Source of the DNA: Promethearchaeota archaeon
GTDB taxonomy: Archaea; Asgardarchaeota; Thorarchaeia; Thorarchaeales; Thorarchaeaceae
Reading direction: 5' to 3'
DNA: 64,000 bases
Assembly: GCA_014728035.1 (NCBI GenBank)
Contig: WJMJ01000018.1
Span: 32,001 to 96,000, forward strand
How positions within the stretch are numbered: the stretch's first letter is position 1; each line of letters starts with the position of its first letter. Of this stretch, positions 9,685-19,506 are shown piece after piece. The translations under genes were made by a program, and so were the position numbers. The notes below the pieces were generated by a model, which saw only the letters and a program-made list of their open reading frames with translations, was not told the origin of the DNA and did not search any database.

Positions 9685-10818
9685 CTATCTGTCCCACCAA
9701 CCTGGGTATGGATCTAAACTTCCGAATATCACAATGAAATCAGCAAACTTGTTTCCAGGAACAAGATGCTTCAACGAATAATATGAGTTGAAACAAGGGC
9801 CTCGTATTTTTGCTCGATAGGGTGTTTGTGATTTATTCATTGTGCGAAGATACAGAGAAGTAATACCACGAGTACCTTCCACACGTCCATACGCTTCTCC
9901 TTCTGGAAGACGATTTGCTTTTCCACGTGCTTTGGGGTTGTATATCTCACCCTCTGGAAGGAGTGGAAGTAGTTGACGAATAATCTCTACCGAGGTTTCG
10001 ATTTCCTTGAATCTCTGGACCATCCGATCATAAGAATCACTTTCTCCAGGATGCTCCTTGTTAACATATGTTGGAACCTCCCAGTCCACCATGTCATAGG
10101 CTAAGTTCTCGTCAGGTGAATCTTTTCGAAGATCCATTGGAACACCACATGCACGGATATTTGGACCGCTTAATCCCCATCGCAGTGCTTGATTTGTGGT
10201 GAATTGTCCAATACCTCGAGTTCTTACTTTGAAGGTTGGACTTCGTAATAACATATCCCGAAATTTTGGCATCCGATCTTCTAACCGTTTCACTGCTCTA
10301 TTCAGTTTCTTTAGAAATTTATCAGTGAAATCATACTTGACTCCGCCAGGTGTATTGTAAGATACCGCATGTCGTGAGCCAGTTAATTCTTCAAAAGCAT
10401 CAAGGAAAAATTCTCGATCCACCCAGGGCCATAGAAGCATAGTGAATAAACCAAGTTCTGCTGCAAATTGCCCCCACCAAAATTGTAGACTATGAATTCG
10501 ACTAGCCTCCATCATGATAGTACGCATTACTTTTGCTCGTTCAGGAATGTCTATACCGGCTATTCGCTCTACAGCTGAAACATATGGATATTCTGCTAGA
10601 AACGCCTCTAGCATGCAAAGGCGTTCCATAATGAGCGCACCTTGTCTGAAATTCCGAAACTCAAGACACTTCTCTGCAGAACGATGGAAGTATCCAGCAT
10701 TGGGATCACATTCAACAATATAGTCCCCAACTAGTGTGAGTTTGGCTGCCCAACCATGAGCTGAAACGTGTTGAGGACCGAACCAGATCTCAGTAGCTTC
10801 TTCAAGTACGTCCTTCAC
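9685..10818 (-). CDS. nuoD: Complex I-like subunit NuoD (no NiFe site)
   Basis: GPQH...HG, GY.HR..EK, E.SRI.S, G.SGP..RA.G...DLRK, E..RG, PYR.KIR.P and C-terminal SLD......DR; both NiFe CxxC motifs are absent. Confidence 0.9.
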   Translation of the reverse strand: MKDVLEEATEIWFGPQHVSAHGWAAKLTLVGDYIVECDPNAGYFHRSAEKCLEFRNFRQGALIMERLCMLEAFLAEYPYVSAVERIAGIDIPERAKVMRTIMMEASRIHSLQFWWGQFAAELGLFTMLLWPWVDREFFLDAFEELTGSRHAVSYNTPGGVKYDFTDKFLKKLNRAVKRLEDRMPKFRDMLLRSPTFKVRTRGIGQFTTNQALRWGLSGPNIRACGVPMDLRKDSPDENLAYDMVDWEVPTYVNKEHPGESDSYDRMVQRFKEIETSVEIIRQLLPLLPEGEIYNPKARGKANRLPEGEAYGRVEGTRGITSLYLRTMNKSQTPYRAKIRGPCFNSYYSLKHLVPGNKFADFIVIFGSLDPYPGWWDR

Positions 10819-11336
10819 CTGTTAGCACCTCCATCTGATGTAGTTGATTTGACCTCAGTCTCTTCTAACCTACTTCTATCAGTCTTGAAACTCTTTCTTA
10901 AGGGGTACTTTCCCTCTAGTTCTTCTGGAAGTAACAATAATCGTAAATCAGGATGTCCTTCGAAATATACTCCAAACATCTCATGTGTTTCTCGCTCATG
11001 CCATTCCATTCCAGGAAAAATATCAGAAATACTTGGAATAGTTGGTGTATCTACTGGAAGAGGGACACGTATCTGGCATAGAACCTGATTTGAATGTGAC
11101 CAGAAATAATAGATAACTTCGAATCCTGAATCCTCCAGATCCACTCCAAGTATTGTTTCAGGAAAGAGGTCAGAGTACGCAGCATCTAACATCTTCACTA
11201 TATCAACGATGTATTCTGGTGAGGTATCAATTTGAACTGTCTGGAAGCCTGCGGTGCGAGCCTCAATCCCCTTGAATTTTTGTTTCAGCTCATGCACCAA
11301 TTGAGCTCCAGAAATTCCACCCTCAGGGTTAGACAC
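10815..11336 (-). CDS. nuoC: Complex I-like subunit NuoC
   Basis: PSI..IFPG..W.ERE..EMFG..F.GHPDLR.LLL......PLRK signature. Likely start is GTG 11336 after GGAGGA (ORF track 11384). Confidence 0.92.
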   Translation of the reverse strand: MSNPEGGISGAQLVHELKQKFKGIEARTAGFQTVQIDTSPEYIVDIVKMLDAAYSDLFPETILGVDLEDSGFEVIYYFWSHSNQVLCQIRVPLPVDTPTIPSISDIFPGMEWHERETHEMFGVYFEGHPDLRLLLLPEELEGKYPLRKSFKTDRSRLEETEVKSTTSDGGANR

Positions 11337-11649
11337 TTCGAGTTTCCTCCTGATGAATTGTTTGTCCAAGATCCACTGTTCCATACCGTCGATGATACAT
11401 AAGCATCAGAACCATTGCTAAAGCGGTATGAGCTGCTGCGATAGTGATGATGAGAATAGTTAGGCCTTGCCCAGTAAACGTGAATGGTGTATTATACAAT
11501 GCAAAGGCAATGAGAGCGATTGTTACACCATTGCCAATAATTTCAGCACCGATGAGTACACGAATGAGGTTTCGTTTAACCATCATTCCATACACACCTA
11601 ATCCTATCAGCATAAATGACAAGATCAGATACCATGACATTGGAATCAC
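11329..11649 (-). CDS. nuoK: Complex I-like subunit NuoK
   Basis: Three hydrophobic segments with G.YG....RNLI..LI..EI..NG, GQ and IAAA motifs. Confidence 0.88.
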   Translation of the reverse strand: MIPMSWYLILSFMLIGLGVYGMMVKRNLIRVLIGAEIIGNGVTIALIAFALYNTPFTFTGQGLTILIITIAAAHTALAMVLMLMYHRRYGTVDLGQTIHQEETRSV

Positions 11650-12260
11650 TCTTCATCATCTCCTTTAATCTCAGAGTACCCTGGATGAGTTACAGCTTCG
11701 ATTCCAAACTCTCCTTTGATAGGTTCTAGACGTTCAGCCTTTTCCATCTTCATAATTACCACAGCACCAACAAGAGCAGTCAGAATAATTAGCGCACTCA
11801 TCTGAATATAGATACCATGACCACCCCATAACCATTGAGCTAGACCCTCAAGACTCTGAGAGAGGTCTATATTCTCTATTGCAAAGCTTTCAGGCCATGG
11901 AAAGAGAAGAGCAAGAGTACCGGATAAGATCATCACAATAGTTGCAGTAAGAATGCCCAGTTGTTTTGCACGAGATGTTGGAAACACCTCCAATGTACTA
12001 TCTTGAGCTCGTGGCAATAGTAGAACAGCAAAAATAATCAATGCACTGATGCCGCCAGTATAGACTGCGATCTGCATCCCTGCAATGAATGGTGCTTCTA
12101 GGAGCAAATAGAAACCTGCAACAACTGACGCCATAATTCCGAAAAAGAATGCTGCATAAACAATATCTTCATGTTCCAATGCAAGATATGCAAGGATTAG
12201 CACTAAACCTGCAAGTAGCAAAAACTCAACTTGTTCAAAGAGGGTCTCAATTCCTTGCAT
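11646..12260 (-). CDS. nuoJ: Complex I-like subunit NuoJ
   Basis: VYAA...G.Y.LL.APF.A..QI.VY.GG...L..FA..L and L.ALVGAV motifs. Confidence 0.88.
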   Translation of the reverse strand: MQGIETLFEQVEFLLLAGLVLILAYLALEHEDIVYAAFFFGIMASVVAGFYLLLEAPFIAGMQIAVYTGGISALIIFAVLLLPRAQDSTLEVFPTSRAKQLGILTATIVMILSGTLALLFPWPESFAIENIDLSQSLEGLAQWLWGGHGIYIQMSALIILTALVGAVVIMKMEKAERLEPIKGEFGIEAVTHPGYSEIKGDDEE

Positions 12261-12710
12261 TTAGTCTACCTCCCTCTGCATAGATGCTTCACTTTCAGCT
12301 TTTGCTTTCCGATACAATTCAACCGTTTCTTTCCCTGAAAGAAATGTTTCTGGAAGCCTTCGTATTGCATACCAGATTCCGAACATGAAAATTGCAATAA
12401 AGATAATCGATTGCCAAACCGCAAATTCAGTAAGACGTAATGAGGAACTTGAAAGCAACCAGAGGAATGCTCCCAATACATCAACCACTAAGAACAGAAT
12501 TGTATAGGTAAGATAGTTATATGGAAAAGATATTCTAGCTGGACCAATGGGTTCCTCTCCACACTCATAGGTGGAAGTCTTTTCAGAATTCTGAAGTACA
12601 TGTGGCCGTAATACCCATGAAGCGAATAACATCACGATAACAAGAACCGCTGCTAGTAATCCCCAGACTAATACCGGAATGAAGTCTATGAAGAGCCTCA
12701 CTATTTCCAC
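12261..12710 (-). CDS. nuoA: Complex I-like subunit NuoA (with C-terminal extension)
   Basis: K.STYECG..P.G.A...F...Y....ILF..D signature; first gene of the operon. Confidence 0.9.
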   Translation of the reverse strand: MEIVRLFIDFIPVLVWGLLAAVLVIVMLFASWVLRPHVLQNSEKTSTYECGEEPIGPARISFPYNYLTYTILFLVVDVLGAFLWLLSSSSLRLTEFAVWQSIIFIAIFMFGIWYAIRRLPETFLSGKETVELYRKAKAESEASMQREVD

Positions 12711-12845
12711 CTTGTTTTTGTATACGAGGGTATCTACATGGCTTCAGATTAACACTGTGTTTGCTCGCACAATGATTGAAATCTTTCAACCACTAGAGGA
12801 GCAAGTATCGAGGTCTATCATAAAAACTTACTGACTTTTCCATCT

Positions 12846-12859
12846 CGAAAGTCTTATAG
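12846..12859 (+). promoter_or_regulatory. Putative archaeal BRE+TATA promoter
   Basis: CGAAAG-TC-TTATAG about 30 nt upstream of the 12891 ORF. Confidence 0.4.
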
Positions 12860-12890
12860 AGTGAGGTGTTAGAAAGAGTCAGTGATATAG

Positions 12891-13250
12891 GTGGCTTTGA
12901 TGGAAAAGGAAAATCACGTCGGAGTGTTTCATTACATTGCTCTGGCTCTTGGAATTGTTTCACTTACCACTTATGCATGGTGGGTATTCTTTGCTGGCAC
13001 TTGGCTGTTTGACTTGATGGATATCCTGTTTATTGCATCAGGAGTTGCTATGATACCAATCACACTCATAATAGGCAAAGCGGACTCTCGTTCTGGTAGA
13101 GTAGTCTTCACCATCATCTCAGGAGCCCTTGGAGGTGTGCATGGCTATTTAGATCTAGCATTCTTCCCAACCACCGGCGCAATGATGTTTCTACTATTTG
13201 GAATTGGACTTCTTATGACTGCATCTGCACTTATATGGATGGAGAAGTAA
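12891..13250 (+). CDS. Small 4-TM membrane protein, divergent from the nuo operon
   Basis: Four hydrophobic segments in 119 aa; promoter-like motif upstream. Confidence 0.7.
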   Translation: MALMEKENHVGVFHYIALALGIVSLTTYAWWVFFAGTWLFDLMDILFIASGVAMIPITLIIGKADSRSGRVVFTIISGALGGVHGYLDLAFFPTTGAMMFLLFGIGLLMTASALIWMEK

Positions 13251-13272
13251 TTGCAAAGGAGCATGTTAGACT

Positions 13273-14280
13273 CTATCTATCATTGTTCATTGGTGAGAAT
13301 TGTACAATTGCCCAAGTAACATGGGTAGGAATTGCAGGAAGCGCATCAATCTTAATCTCGAAGATTTCGCTAGATGCGGTTGGTTCAATAAACGAATCCT
13401 CCTCGAACAAAATAGAAGTCTCAAAAAATGATGCAGACATATCTTCAAGTCTATTTTTGAATCCAAATTCCAGCTCGTATTCCTCAAGGATTTCTGCGTT
13501 CTCATCTTCATTATCTGGAAAGAAATAGGTTAGAAAGTAAGCTACTCCATTAAGACACCTTTTCAGTTCCTTGAGAAATTCTTCACTTTGTGTGATGTTA
13601 GTTAGACCGAGATTAGTTGTGAAAACCCCAATTGATCTATCTTTGAAAGGCATTTTTTTAGCATCAAATGCAATCAGACTTACTTTGTCATAAAGTCCAA
13701 AATGTTCTAATCGTTCCTTATTTCTCTGAAGAATACTTGGACTGATATCACTCAGAATAACAGGATTATCCAGCTGTGAAAACATTTCTGCAAATCCACC
13801 CATCCCAGAAGCAATATCGATGATTACATCACTTTTGTCAGAGAGCAATTTTTTCAATTGTGCTTTTTTCTTCTGATACGCCAGATTATAAGAGTCAGTA
13901 TAAATCTCCACTTCAGACCGTATTTCCTCCGCTCGATCATAATCTCCTCTTTCATCAAGAATCATTGAACGTAGGAATTTATCTGCAGGATTCAAAGTTG
14001 ATAAATCACTCTGCATGAGTTTTTCTTCATACTCAGAATTGGTATCCAATGCCTTTGCGAGGTTACTTTGTACAACTCTCCAGAAATCAGCATCGTTTGA
14101 AACATCTAGAAGAAAGACAGCAATTCCATCTTTTACAAAATAATGAGTATCACATTCACTACAAGAAACCTCAGCCTCGATAATTCTGTTTTCTGTTTCG
14201 GTTTGGATACTCCATTCTAAATCATTATGGCACTGAGGGCAATAGAATAGTGTCTGAATGGATTTTAGCATGATTCTCAA
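13273..14280 (-). CDS. Class I SAM-dependent methyltransferase with N-terminal Trm112-like zinc-ribbon domain
   Basis: N-terminal CPQC..L......C.EC...Y.V.DGI (Trm112-like); IIDIASGMGG, SDIS and DAKKMPF.D.S methyltransferase motifs. Confidence 0.8.
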   Translation of the reverse strand: MRIMLKSIQTLFYCPQCHNDLEWSIQTETENRIIEAEVSCSECDTHYFVKDGIAVFLLDVSNDADFWRVVQSNLAKALDTNSEYEEKLMQSDLSTLNPADKFLRSMILDERGDYDRAEEIRSEVEIYTDSYNLAYQKKKAQLKKLLSDKSDVIIDIASGMGGFAEMFSQLDNPVILSDISPSILQRNKERLEHFGLYDKVSLIAFDAKKMPFKDRSIGVFTTNLGLTNITQSEEFLKELKRCLNGVAYFLTYFFPDNEDENAEILEEYELEFGFKNRLEDMSASFFETSILFEEDSFIEPTASSEIFEIKIDALPAIPTHVTWAIVQFSPMNNDR

Positions 14281-14418
14281 ATTTTGAAAGAAATAGTAAT
14301 TAAAAAGAAATCACTTCTACGCAAATTTCGAATTAATAAACAAGTACGTAATGTAATTCAAAATTTCAGTCCCAGACTTTAAGAGATATCATTTCATAAT
14401 ATAACCTGAGATGAGAGA

Positions 14419-14655
14419 ATGAATACTTCAAAGGTAATCGGTATTCTTACAGGGTTAATTGGATGCATAATTTTAGCCATTAGTGGTTGGTTCATTGTAT
14501 TTGGAATCCAGTGGGTAGTCTGGAATGCACCATTATCTATGAATCCTCCTAGCGATATCGCATGGTTGGTTGTTTCTGCTACGCCTCTTGGATTTTTTTT
14601 ACTTGGATTAGGATTCATGATGATACTATGGAGCAAAACTCTATTCTTTGAATGA
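14419..14655 (+). CDS. Small 2-TM hypothetical membrane protein
   Basis: Two hydrophobic helices in 78 aa; GAGAG upstream. Confidence 0.55.
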   Translation: MNTSKVIGILTGLIGCIILAISGWFIVFGIQWVVWNAPLSMNPPSDIAWLVVSATPLGFFLLGLGFMMILWSKTLFFE

Positions 14656-14734
14656 TTCTCACTTCTTATGAGTAGAGCTGGTTGGCAATATTAGCAAGGA
14701 GTAGGATGAAATAAGACAAGAAATCAAATGAAAT

Positions 14735-15235
14735 TCAACCCGGTAGCGATTTCTCATCATTTTCTTTAAGTATTTCTTGCGCGAGTTCACCATAGATATC
14801 TTCACGAGTTGATAGCCAAGTTAGAAATCTTTCAAATTCACCTTCAGGTGCACTCCATTTTGGATCGTTCAGATATTCCTGAAGATACTCAAGTCCCTCT
14901 CTGGGACTCATATTTTCAATCGCTTCCATAAATCCATCAAATGAACTGACATCTCTATGAACCATCACACCTATCATCTGAATATGTATGAAAAAAAAGC
15001 CCATCAAAATCAACAATAACAAATTAATGCTTCCGAACACTTCAATCCAAAATGGACTACCAGACATAAGAACAGCAGCTCTTGTAGATACTATAAGAAT
15101 AGTTACTGACAACATCCAGAAGATGAAGAACAACAGTCGGACACTAATTTGAGTATCATAATACTTTACAATTGATAGATATGCTAAGAAGGCTAGAGAA
15201 AAAAATGAAACAATAATGCCAATAACCTCTAACAA
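14735..15235 (-). CDS. Hypothetical membrane protein (3 TM plus acidic tail)
   Basis: Hydrophobic N-terminal half and helical charged tail; GAGGT upstream. Confidence 0.6.
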   Translation of the reverse strand: MLEVIGIIVSFFSLAFLAYLSIVKYYDTQISVRLLFFIFWMLSVTILIVSTRAAVLMSGSPFWIEVFGSINLLLLILMGFFFIHIQMIGVMVHRDVSSFDGFMEAIENMSPREGLEYLQEYLNDPKWSAPEGEFERFLTWLSTREDIYGELAQEILKENDEKSLPG

Positions 15236-15399
15236 TCATACATACCTCATCTGCAATTCTAAGGATAATGAAATAAATTATCAATTATTTCAAAATTCCG
15301 ATTTTGCTTAATTTGGTTTCAAATAAAGGACCAAAATATCCTAGATAGATAAAAAAGCAGAAATGAAACAATTAGAATGTTATACTCAATCATGGAATA

Positions 15400-17259
15400 T
15401 TGCCGAGTGAATTGTCTATGAGTATGAGAGATAAATTTCAGAAAGTCAGAAGTAAGAAATTATTCAATGAGATTAAAGAACATATGATTATGGGCCAATT
15501 CAAAGATGCACTTGAGAAAATCAATTCACTTGACGTGCAATATCTTCCTGATTCTGAGCAAGTTGAACTAAGAATTGAAGCTTGGAAGATAATGTGCATC
15601 ACACGTCAGGGCAAGTACCAAGAAGGATTGAAACTTGCTGATGCGTTTATTCAATCTTGTGTAGAAGAAGAATTATGCAGGGAACCTATTCTTGACACAA
15701 TAATTGCAAAATCCTATTCATATAGTGCACTAGGAAAGATAGATGATGGTTTGGATATGTGTAAAAAGGCTGAACAAATCCTCAAGAATCTCGACCTGAC
15801 AACAAGAGAAAATCGAGCACGTTTGGCGAGCGTTTTGACAATCCAAGGATTAAATGCATTACATCAAGGAGACCTTGAATTAGCAATTGAGATATATTCA
15901 CAGAGTTATCCAATTCTAGATGAACTTGGAAACAAGAAAAGTGCTTCCGCAGCACTACACAATATAGGCAGTACATACCGAGTAATGGGAGATCTTGATA
16001 GAGCTCTAGAATACGTTGAAATGTCGAAAGCAATTTCAGAAGAAATCGAGTACATTCCGAACCTAGCTGGTGCATACACCACAACTGGAATTATCTTCTA
16101 TCAAAAAGGGCAACTCGAAAAAGCATCGGATAATCTCGATAAAAGTCTAGAGATGTTCAGGGATATCGGGCATAGAGTGTATCTGGCCAGAGGTCTATAT
16201 TATGCAGTGGTGATTGCTGTTGCTCAAGAAGACTTGAAGAGAGCAGATGAATATCTGAATCAGATGAGCGCAATTAACAATGAATTGGATAGCCTTCTCA
16301 TAAGTCAGCATTACCGTGTAGCAAAAGCATTATGGCACAAATCTAAGGGAGAACCAACGGATTTGCAAATAGCCCACGATCTTTTCGAACAAGTTGTGAA
16401 TGAGAAGATTACTTTCTTTGAGGTTACATTTCAATCACTGCTCAGTCTAAGCGACCTTCTCTTAGAACAAATGAAATCTTCAGATAGCGAAGAACACATG
16501 GGAAGTATCAAAGAGTATGCTGAGATGGCTCTTGAGATTGCAGTTAGTCAAGGTTCTCATTGGCTTGAAGCTGAAACTTACTGTTTACAAGCACAAATAG
16601 CTTTGATTGAGATAGACTATGAGAAAGCTAAACAGTTACTAACCAAAGCCCAACTAATTGCAGATGATAAGGGATTACATCAGTTAGCTAGAAGAATTTC
16701 CAAGGAATTTGACGAATTGCTTAGGAAAGAAGAGAGATGGACAGAGATTAGCAAAAGTGGAGCATCAGTTTCAGAAAGACTAGAAATCGCTCAGATAAAT
16801 GAACGAGTAGAAAGGATGGCGAAAATCCAAGAGGCTGTTACACCAGATGAAGAAAAAGATCAACCAATTCAGTTCATGCTTCTTTCAGCTCATGAAGGAT
16901 ACTGCATTGTTTCTAAAGAATTCGAGACATCCTTTAAGGTAGACGAGTCCCTTGTGAGTGGATTTCTAAGTGCAATTACAAGTTTCAGTGATGAAGTTTT
17001 TTCATTACCACTTGATAGAATTAAAGTAGGCGAATTTATCTTACTCTTTAGAGCCATTATGCCCTTTCTGTTCTGCTATGTATTCAAAGGAGAGTCTTAC
17101 TCAGCATTGAAGAAAGTAGAACAAATAATCGAATATCTAAAAGAGGATGAAGTATTATGGATGTCTTTACGTGAAACAATAGAATCTGGAAAACTTAATA
17201 ATCAGGTCAATCAGGAAGTGCAAAGAATTGTTACCGATGTATTCCAGATAGTTGCATAA
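15400..17259 (+). CDS. TPR-repeat protein with C-terminal longin/roadblock-like domain
   Basis: TPR consensus (A.ALHNIG..Y...GDLD.ALEY) repeated; C-terminal 'G..I....F......DE.LVSGFLSAI.SF..EVF....D.I' segment typical of Asgard longin-like domains. Confidence 0.8.
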   Translation: MPSELSMSMRDKFQKVRSKKLFNEIKEHMIMGQFKDALEKINSLDVQYLPDSEQVELRIEAWKIMCITRQGKYQEGLKLADAFIQSCVEEELCREPILDTIIAKSYSYSALGKIDDGLDMCKKAEQILKNLDLTTRENRARLASVLTIQGLNALHQGDLELAIEIYSQSYPILDELGNKKSASAALHNIGSTYRVMGDLDRALEYVEMSKAISEEIEYIPNLAGAYTTTGIIFYQKGQLEKASDNLDKSLEMFRDIGHRVYLARGLYYAVVIAVAQEDLKRADEYLNQMSAINNELDSLLISQHYRVAKALWHKSKGEPTDLQIAHDLFEQVVNEKITFFEVTFQSLLSLSDLLLEQMKSSDSEEHMGSIKEYAEMALEIAVSQGSHWLEAETYCLQAQIALIEIDYEKAKQLLTKAQLIADDKGLHQLARRISKEFDELLRKEERWTEISKSGASVSERLEIAQINERVERMAKIQEAVTPDEEKDQPIQFMLLSAHEGYCIVSKEFETSFKVDESLVSGFLSAITSFSDEVFSLPLDRIKVGEFILLFRAIMPFLFCYVFKGESYSALKKVEQIIEYLKEDEVLWMSLRETIESGKLNNQVNQEVQRIVTDVFQIVA

Positions 17260-17373
17260 TAGAAGGCATTGTAGGATAAACTTGAGAAATTAGTAATTTC
17301 TCATAACAAGGCTTATCCTTTTCTTCCCAATAGATATTCTGAATCTTTGTACATGCCTTGTGGTGGTATTGTA

Positions 17374-19365
17374 ATGTTTCATATTTCAAAAAAAATAATT
17401 CTTTATTCTATTCTAACATTAATGATATGTCAGCCCATTATTCCTATTGATAAAACAGGAACCTACTCATCTGTATCTACCGATACTCCACCTTCTAGCA
17501 TCTTTGTAGAGAACATTCTAGAAGATCCATCTCTAGATTCTGAACCCGAAGTTGTAATAGAAGGCGATTCTGGAGAATTTTCATATGTCTACCATAAGGC
17601 AGATGATGAGAACGATTTCAATCATATGAACCTTACATGGGAGCACAGCTCAGGTAATGAGTTAGATTTTAGAACGGGAGGAAATGAAGCGATGCCAGAC
17701 TATTGGGATTTCATCTACTTTTATCAAGAATTTGAGTGGCAAGATAACGAACTTCCATTAGATGCAACTCTTCATCTAAATTATAATATCAATTCAACTG
17801 GTTCATTTGTTTTAGAAAATGGTGGACAAAACACTTTTCGGTGTTATGTGTGGTTAATTGATTCTTCAGAAAATTGGATAATGCTTTACGAATCGTTTCC
17901 ACCCTATATTGAAGAGTATCAACAAAAAGAATATTATCTGAATTACTTCCAAATTAGGGATGCCTGGGGAGGGACCATTGAAGATAGTAGTGGGGAACAA
18001 GAAGATCCTTCAGACACAGTTAGATTTGCAGTTGGTTTAGCACCAGAATATTATGAAACATATCCATTTGACGATTTCAATGGGTCTGTGACCTTGAGTA
18101 TTAGAGAAATGAAGTTGTTCACTTATATGAAAACAGAACCTACAGAATCAGATATTCTTGACCCCATATATAACACAACTTGGCATTATCCTCCTGAGAA
18201 TGTATTCCCAGATATCTCGAACGAATATAATGAATCCTTGATGGATTTTAGGGATCTAACAATTGCGGATGATGGATTTGTATATGTCTTATGTCAAGCA
18301 CGCAATACCTTCGATCTATATTCCACTGGAAGGTCTTATTCCTACCAGATCCTGATGAAATACTCTCCAGAACTTGAACTTGTATGGACATCACGGAATG
18401 CAAATCTAACCTACGGATTTGACATAATTACCTATGATGGATTTATTTACACAACAGGGAATAAATGGAATCCATCTCATAGTTCAAAAGACCTATTATT
18501 TACAAAATGGTCCTTAGAAGGAGAGAAGGTTTGGGAAACCCAATGGGGTACATTCCATGATGAACTGGGAATGAGTATAGGAGTATCAGAGGACGGAGGA
18601 TTCTATGTGTTAGGAGGGCAATACAATCATACACTGGAACCAATGTTGGATAGATCAGTATTCCTAAAATTTGATTCTTCAGGTTCAGTAGAATGGAATA
18701 ATACTAACGAATTTCCTGCACGCGGTGGAAATTACGAAATTTTTATGGTGTCTGATGGTATATTTTGGGGGCCCAGTTATATCATGAAACTAGACTTCAA
18801 CTGTGAACAAGTATGGAATATTTCTACATTCCACTATAAGTATTGGGTGGATAATGCAGGCGACTTGTATACAATTAGGACTAGTACCGCACCTGATACC
18901 AATATAGAGGAACTCAATGTTACCAAATGGGAATCAAATGATGAAATTGAATGGAGTTCAAATTATTCATTAATTTACAAAGATGGCAGAAGTGATAATA
19001 TCGAGGGTCTGGATATAACTGTTAACTCAGCTGGTGATGTCTATGTTTTGGTTTTGGGTCGTAGTCTTAGCTGGGATAATCATCTCTTGAAGTACAATCA
19101 AGATGGAACCCTTATGTCCGACAAATTAGTCTGTCCGGAGGTTGATGAAGCAATGCTGTGGCAGACAACGAAGATGATGTTAAAAGAGAATGGAGTGCTA
19201 TATATTGGATACACTGAACTATGCTCTAAGGGGATAAAGTTAGAGGCGTATGTGGCTGATCAAGAATTATTCGACCAAGGATGGATAATTCTAGTAATTA
19301 TTGCAATCATCGGAATAGTGTCTGTTGCTTTGCTCCTAATTATTTACCAGACTAAAATACGATAA
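17374..19365 (+). CDS. Secreted/surface protein with beta-propeller-like C-terminal half and C-terminal TM anchor
   Basis: N-terminal hydrophobic signal; repeats of 'I...DG.vYv.G / K...G..W'; C-terminal TM followed by a basic tail. Confidence 0.7.
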   Translation: MFHISKKIILYSILTLMICQPIIPIDKTGTYSSVSTDTPPSSIFVENILEDPSLDSEPEVVIEGDSGEFSYVYHKADDENDFNHMNLTWEHSSGNELDFRTGGNEAMPDYWDFIYFYQEFEWQDNELPLDATLHLNYNINSTGSFVLENGGQNTFRCYVWLIDSSENWIMLYESFPPYIEEYQQKEYYLNYFQIRDAWGGTIEDSSGEQEDPSDTVRFAVGLAPEYYETYPFDDFNGSVTLSIREMKLFTYMKTEPTESDILDPIYNTTWHYPPENVFPDISNEYNESLMDFRDLTIADDGFVYVLCQARNTFDLYSTGRSYSYQILMKYSPELELVWTSRNANLTYGFDIITYDGFIYTTGNKWNPSHSSKDLLFTKWSLEGEKVWETQWGTFHDELGMSIGVSEDGGFYVLGGQYNHTLEPMLDRSVFLKFDSSGSVEWNNTNEFPARGGNYEIFMVSDGIFWGPSYIMKLDFNCEQVWNISTFHYKYWVDNAGDLYTIRTSTAPDTNIEELNVTKWESNDEIEWSSNYSLIYKDGRSDNIEGLDITVNSAGDVYVLVLGRSLSWDNHLLKYNQDGTLMSDKLVCPEVDEAMLWQTTKMMLKENGVLYIGYTELCSKGIKLEAYVADQELFDQGWIILVIIAIIGIVSVALLLIIYQTKIR

Positions 19366-19506
19366 AATAGTATTAAAAACAGTAGAATAATGAATGAAAT
19401 GATGATTTGCAATTTAGTTCAAAGAATCATTCTTCCTAACAATGATGAGAATTCATGTCTATTGCTAAGTTAATATATGAAAGCGTCCTTCAACAATGTG
19501 ATTAAA

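Noticed and set aside
9685-10818. Group 4 [NiFe]-hydrogenase large subunit
   Set aside because: Neither the N-terminal RxCxxC nor the C-terminal DPCxxC motif is present (only one Cys remains), and no maturation genes are nearby.
264-11668. Numerous short ORFs antisense to or nested in the ankyrin and nuo genes (for example 264-638, 2116-2520, 2527-2808, 9099-9404)
   Set aside because: Shadow ORFs of strongly conserved genes, with no motifs or RBS.
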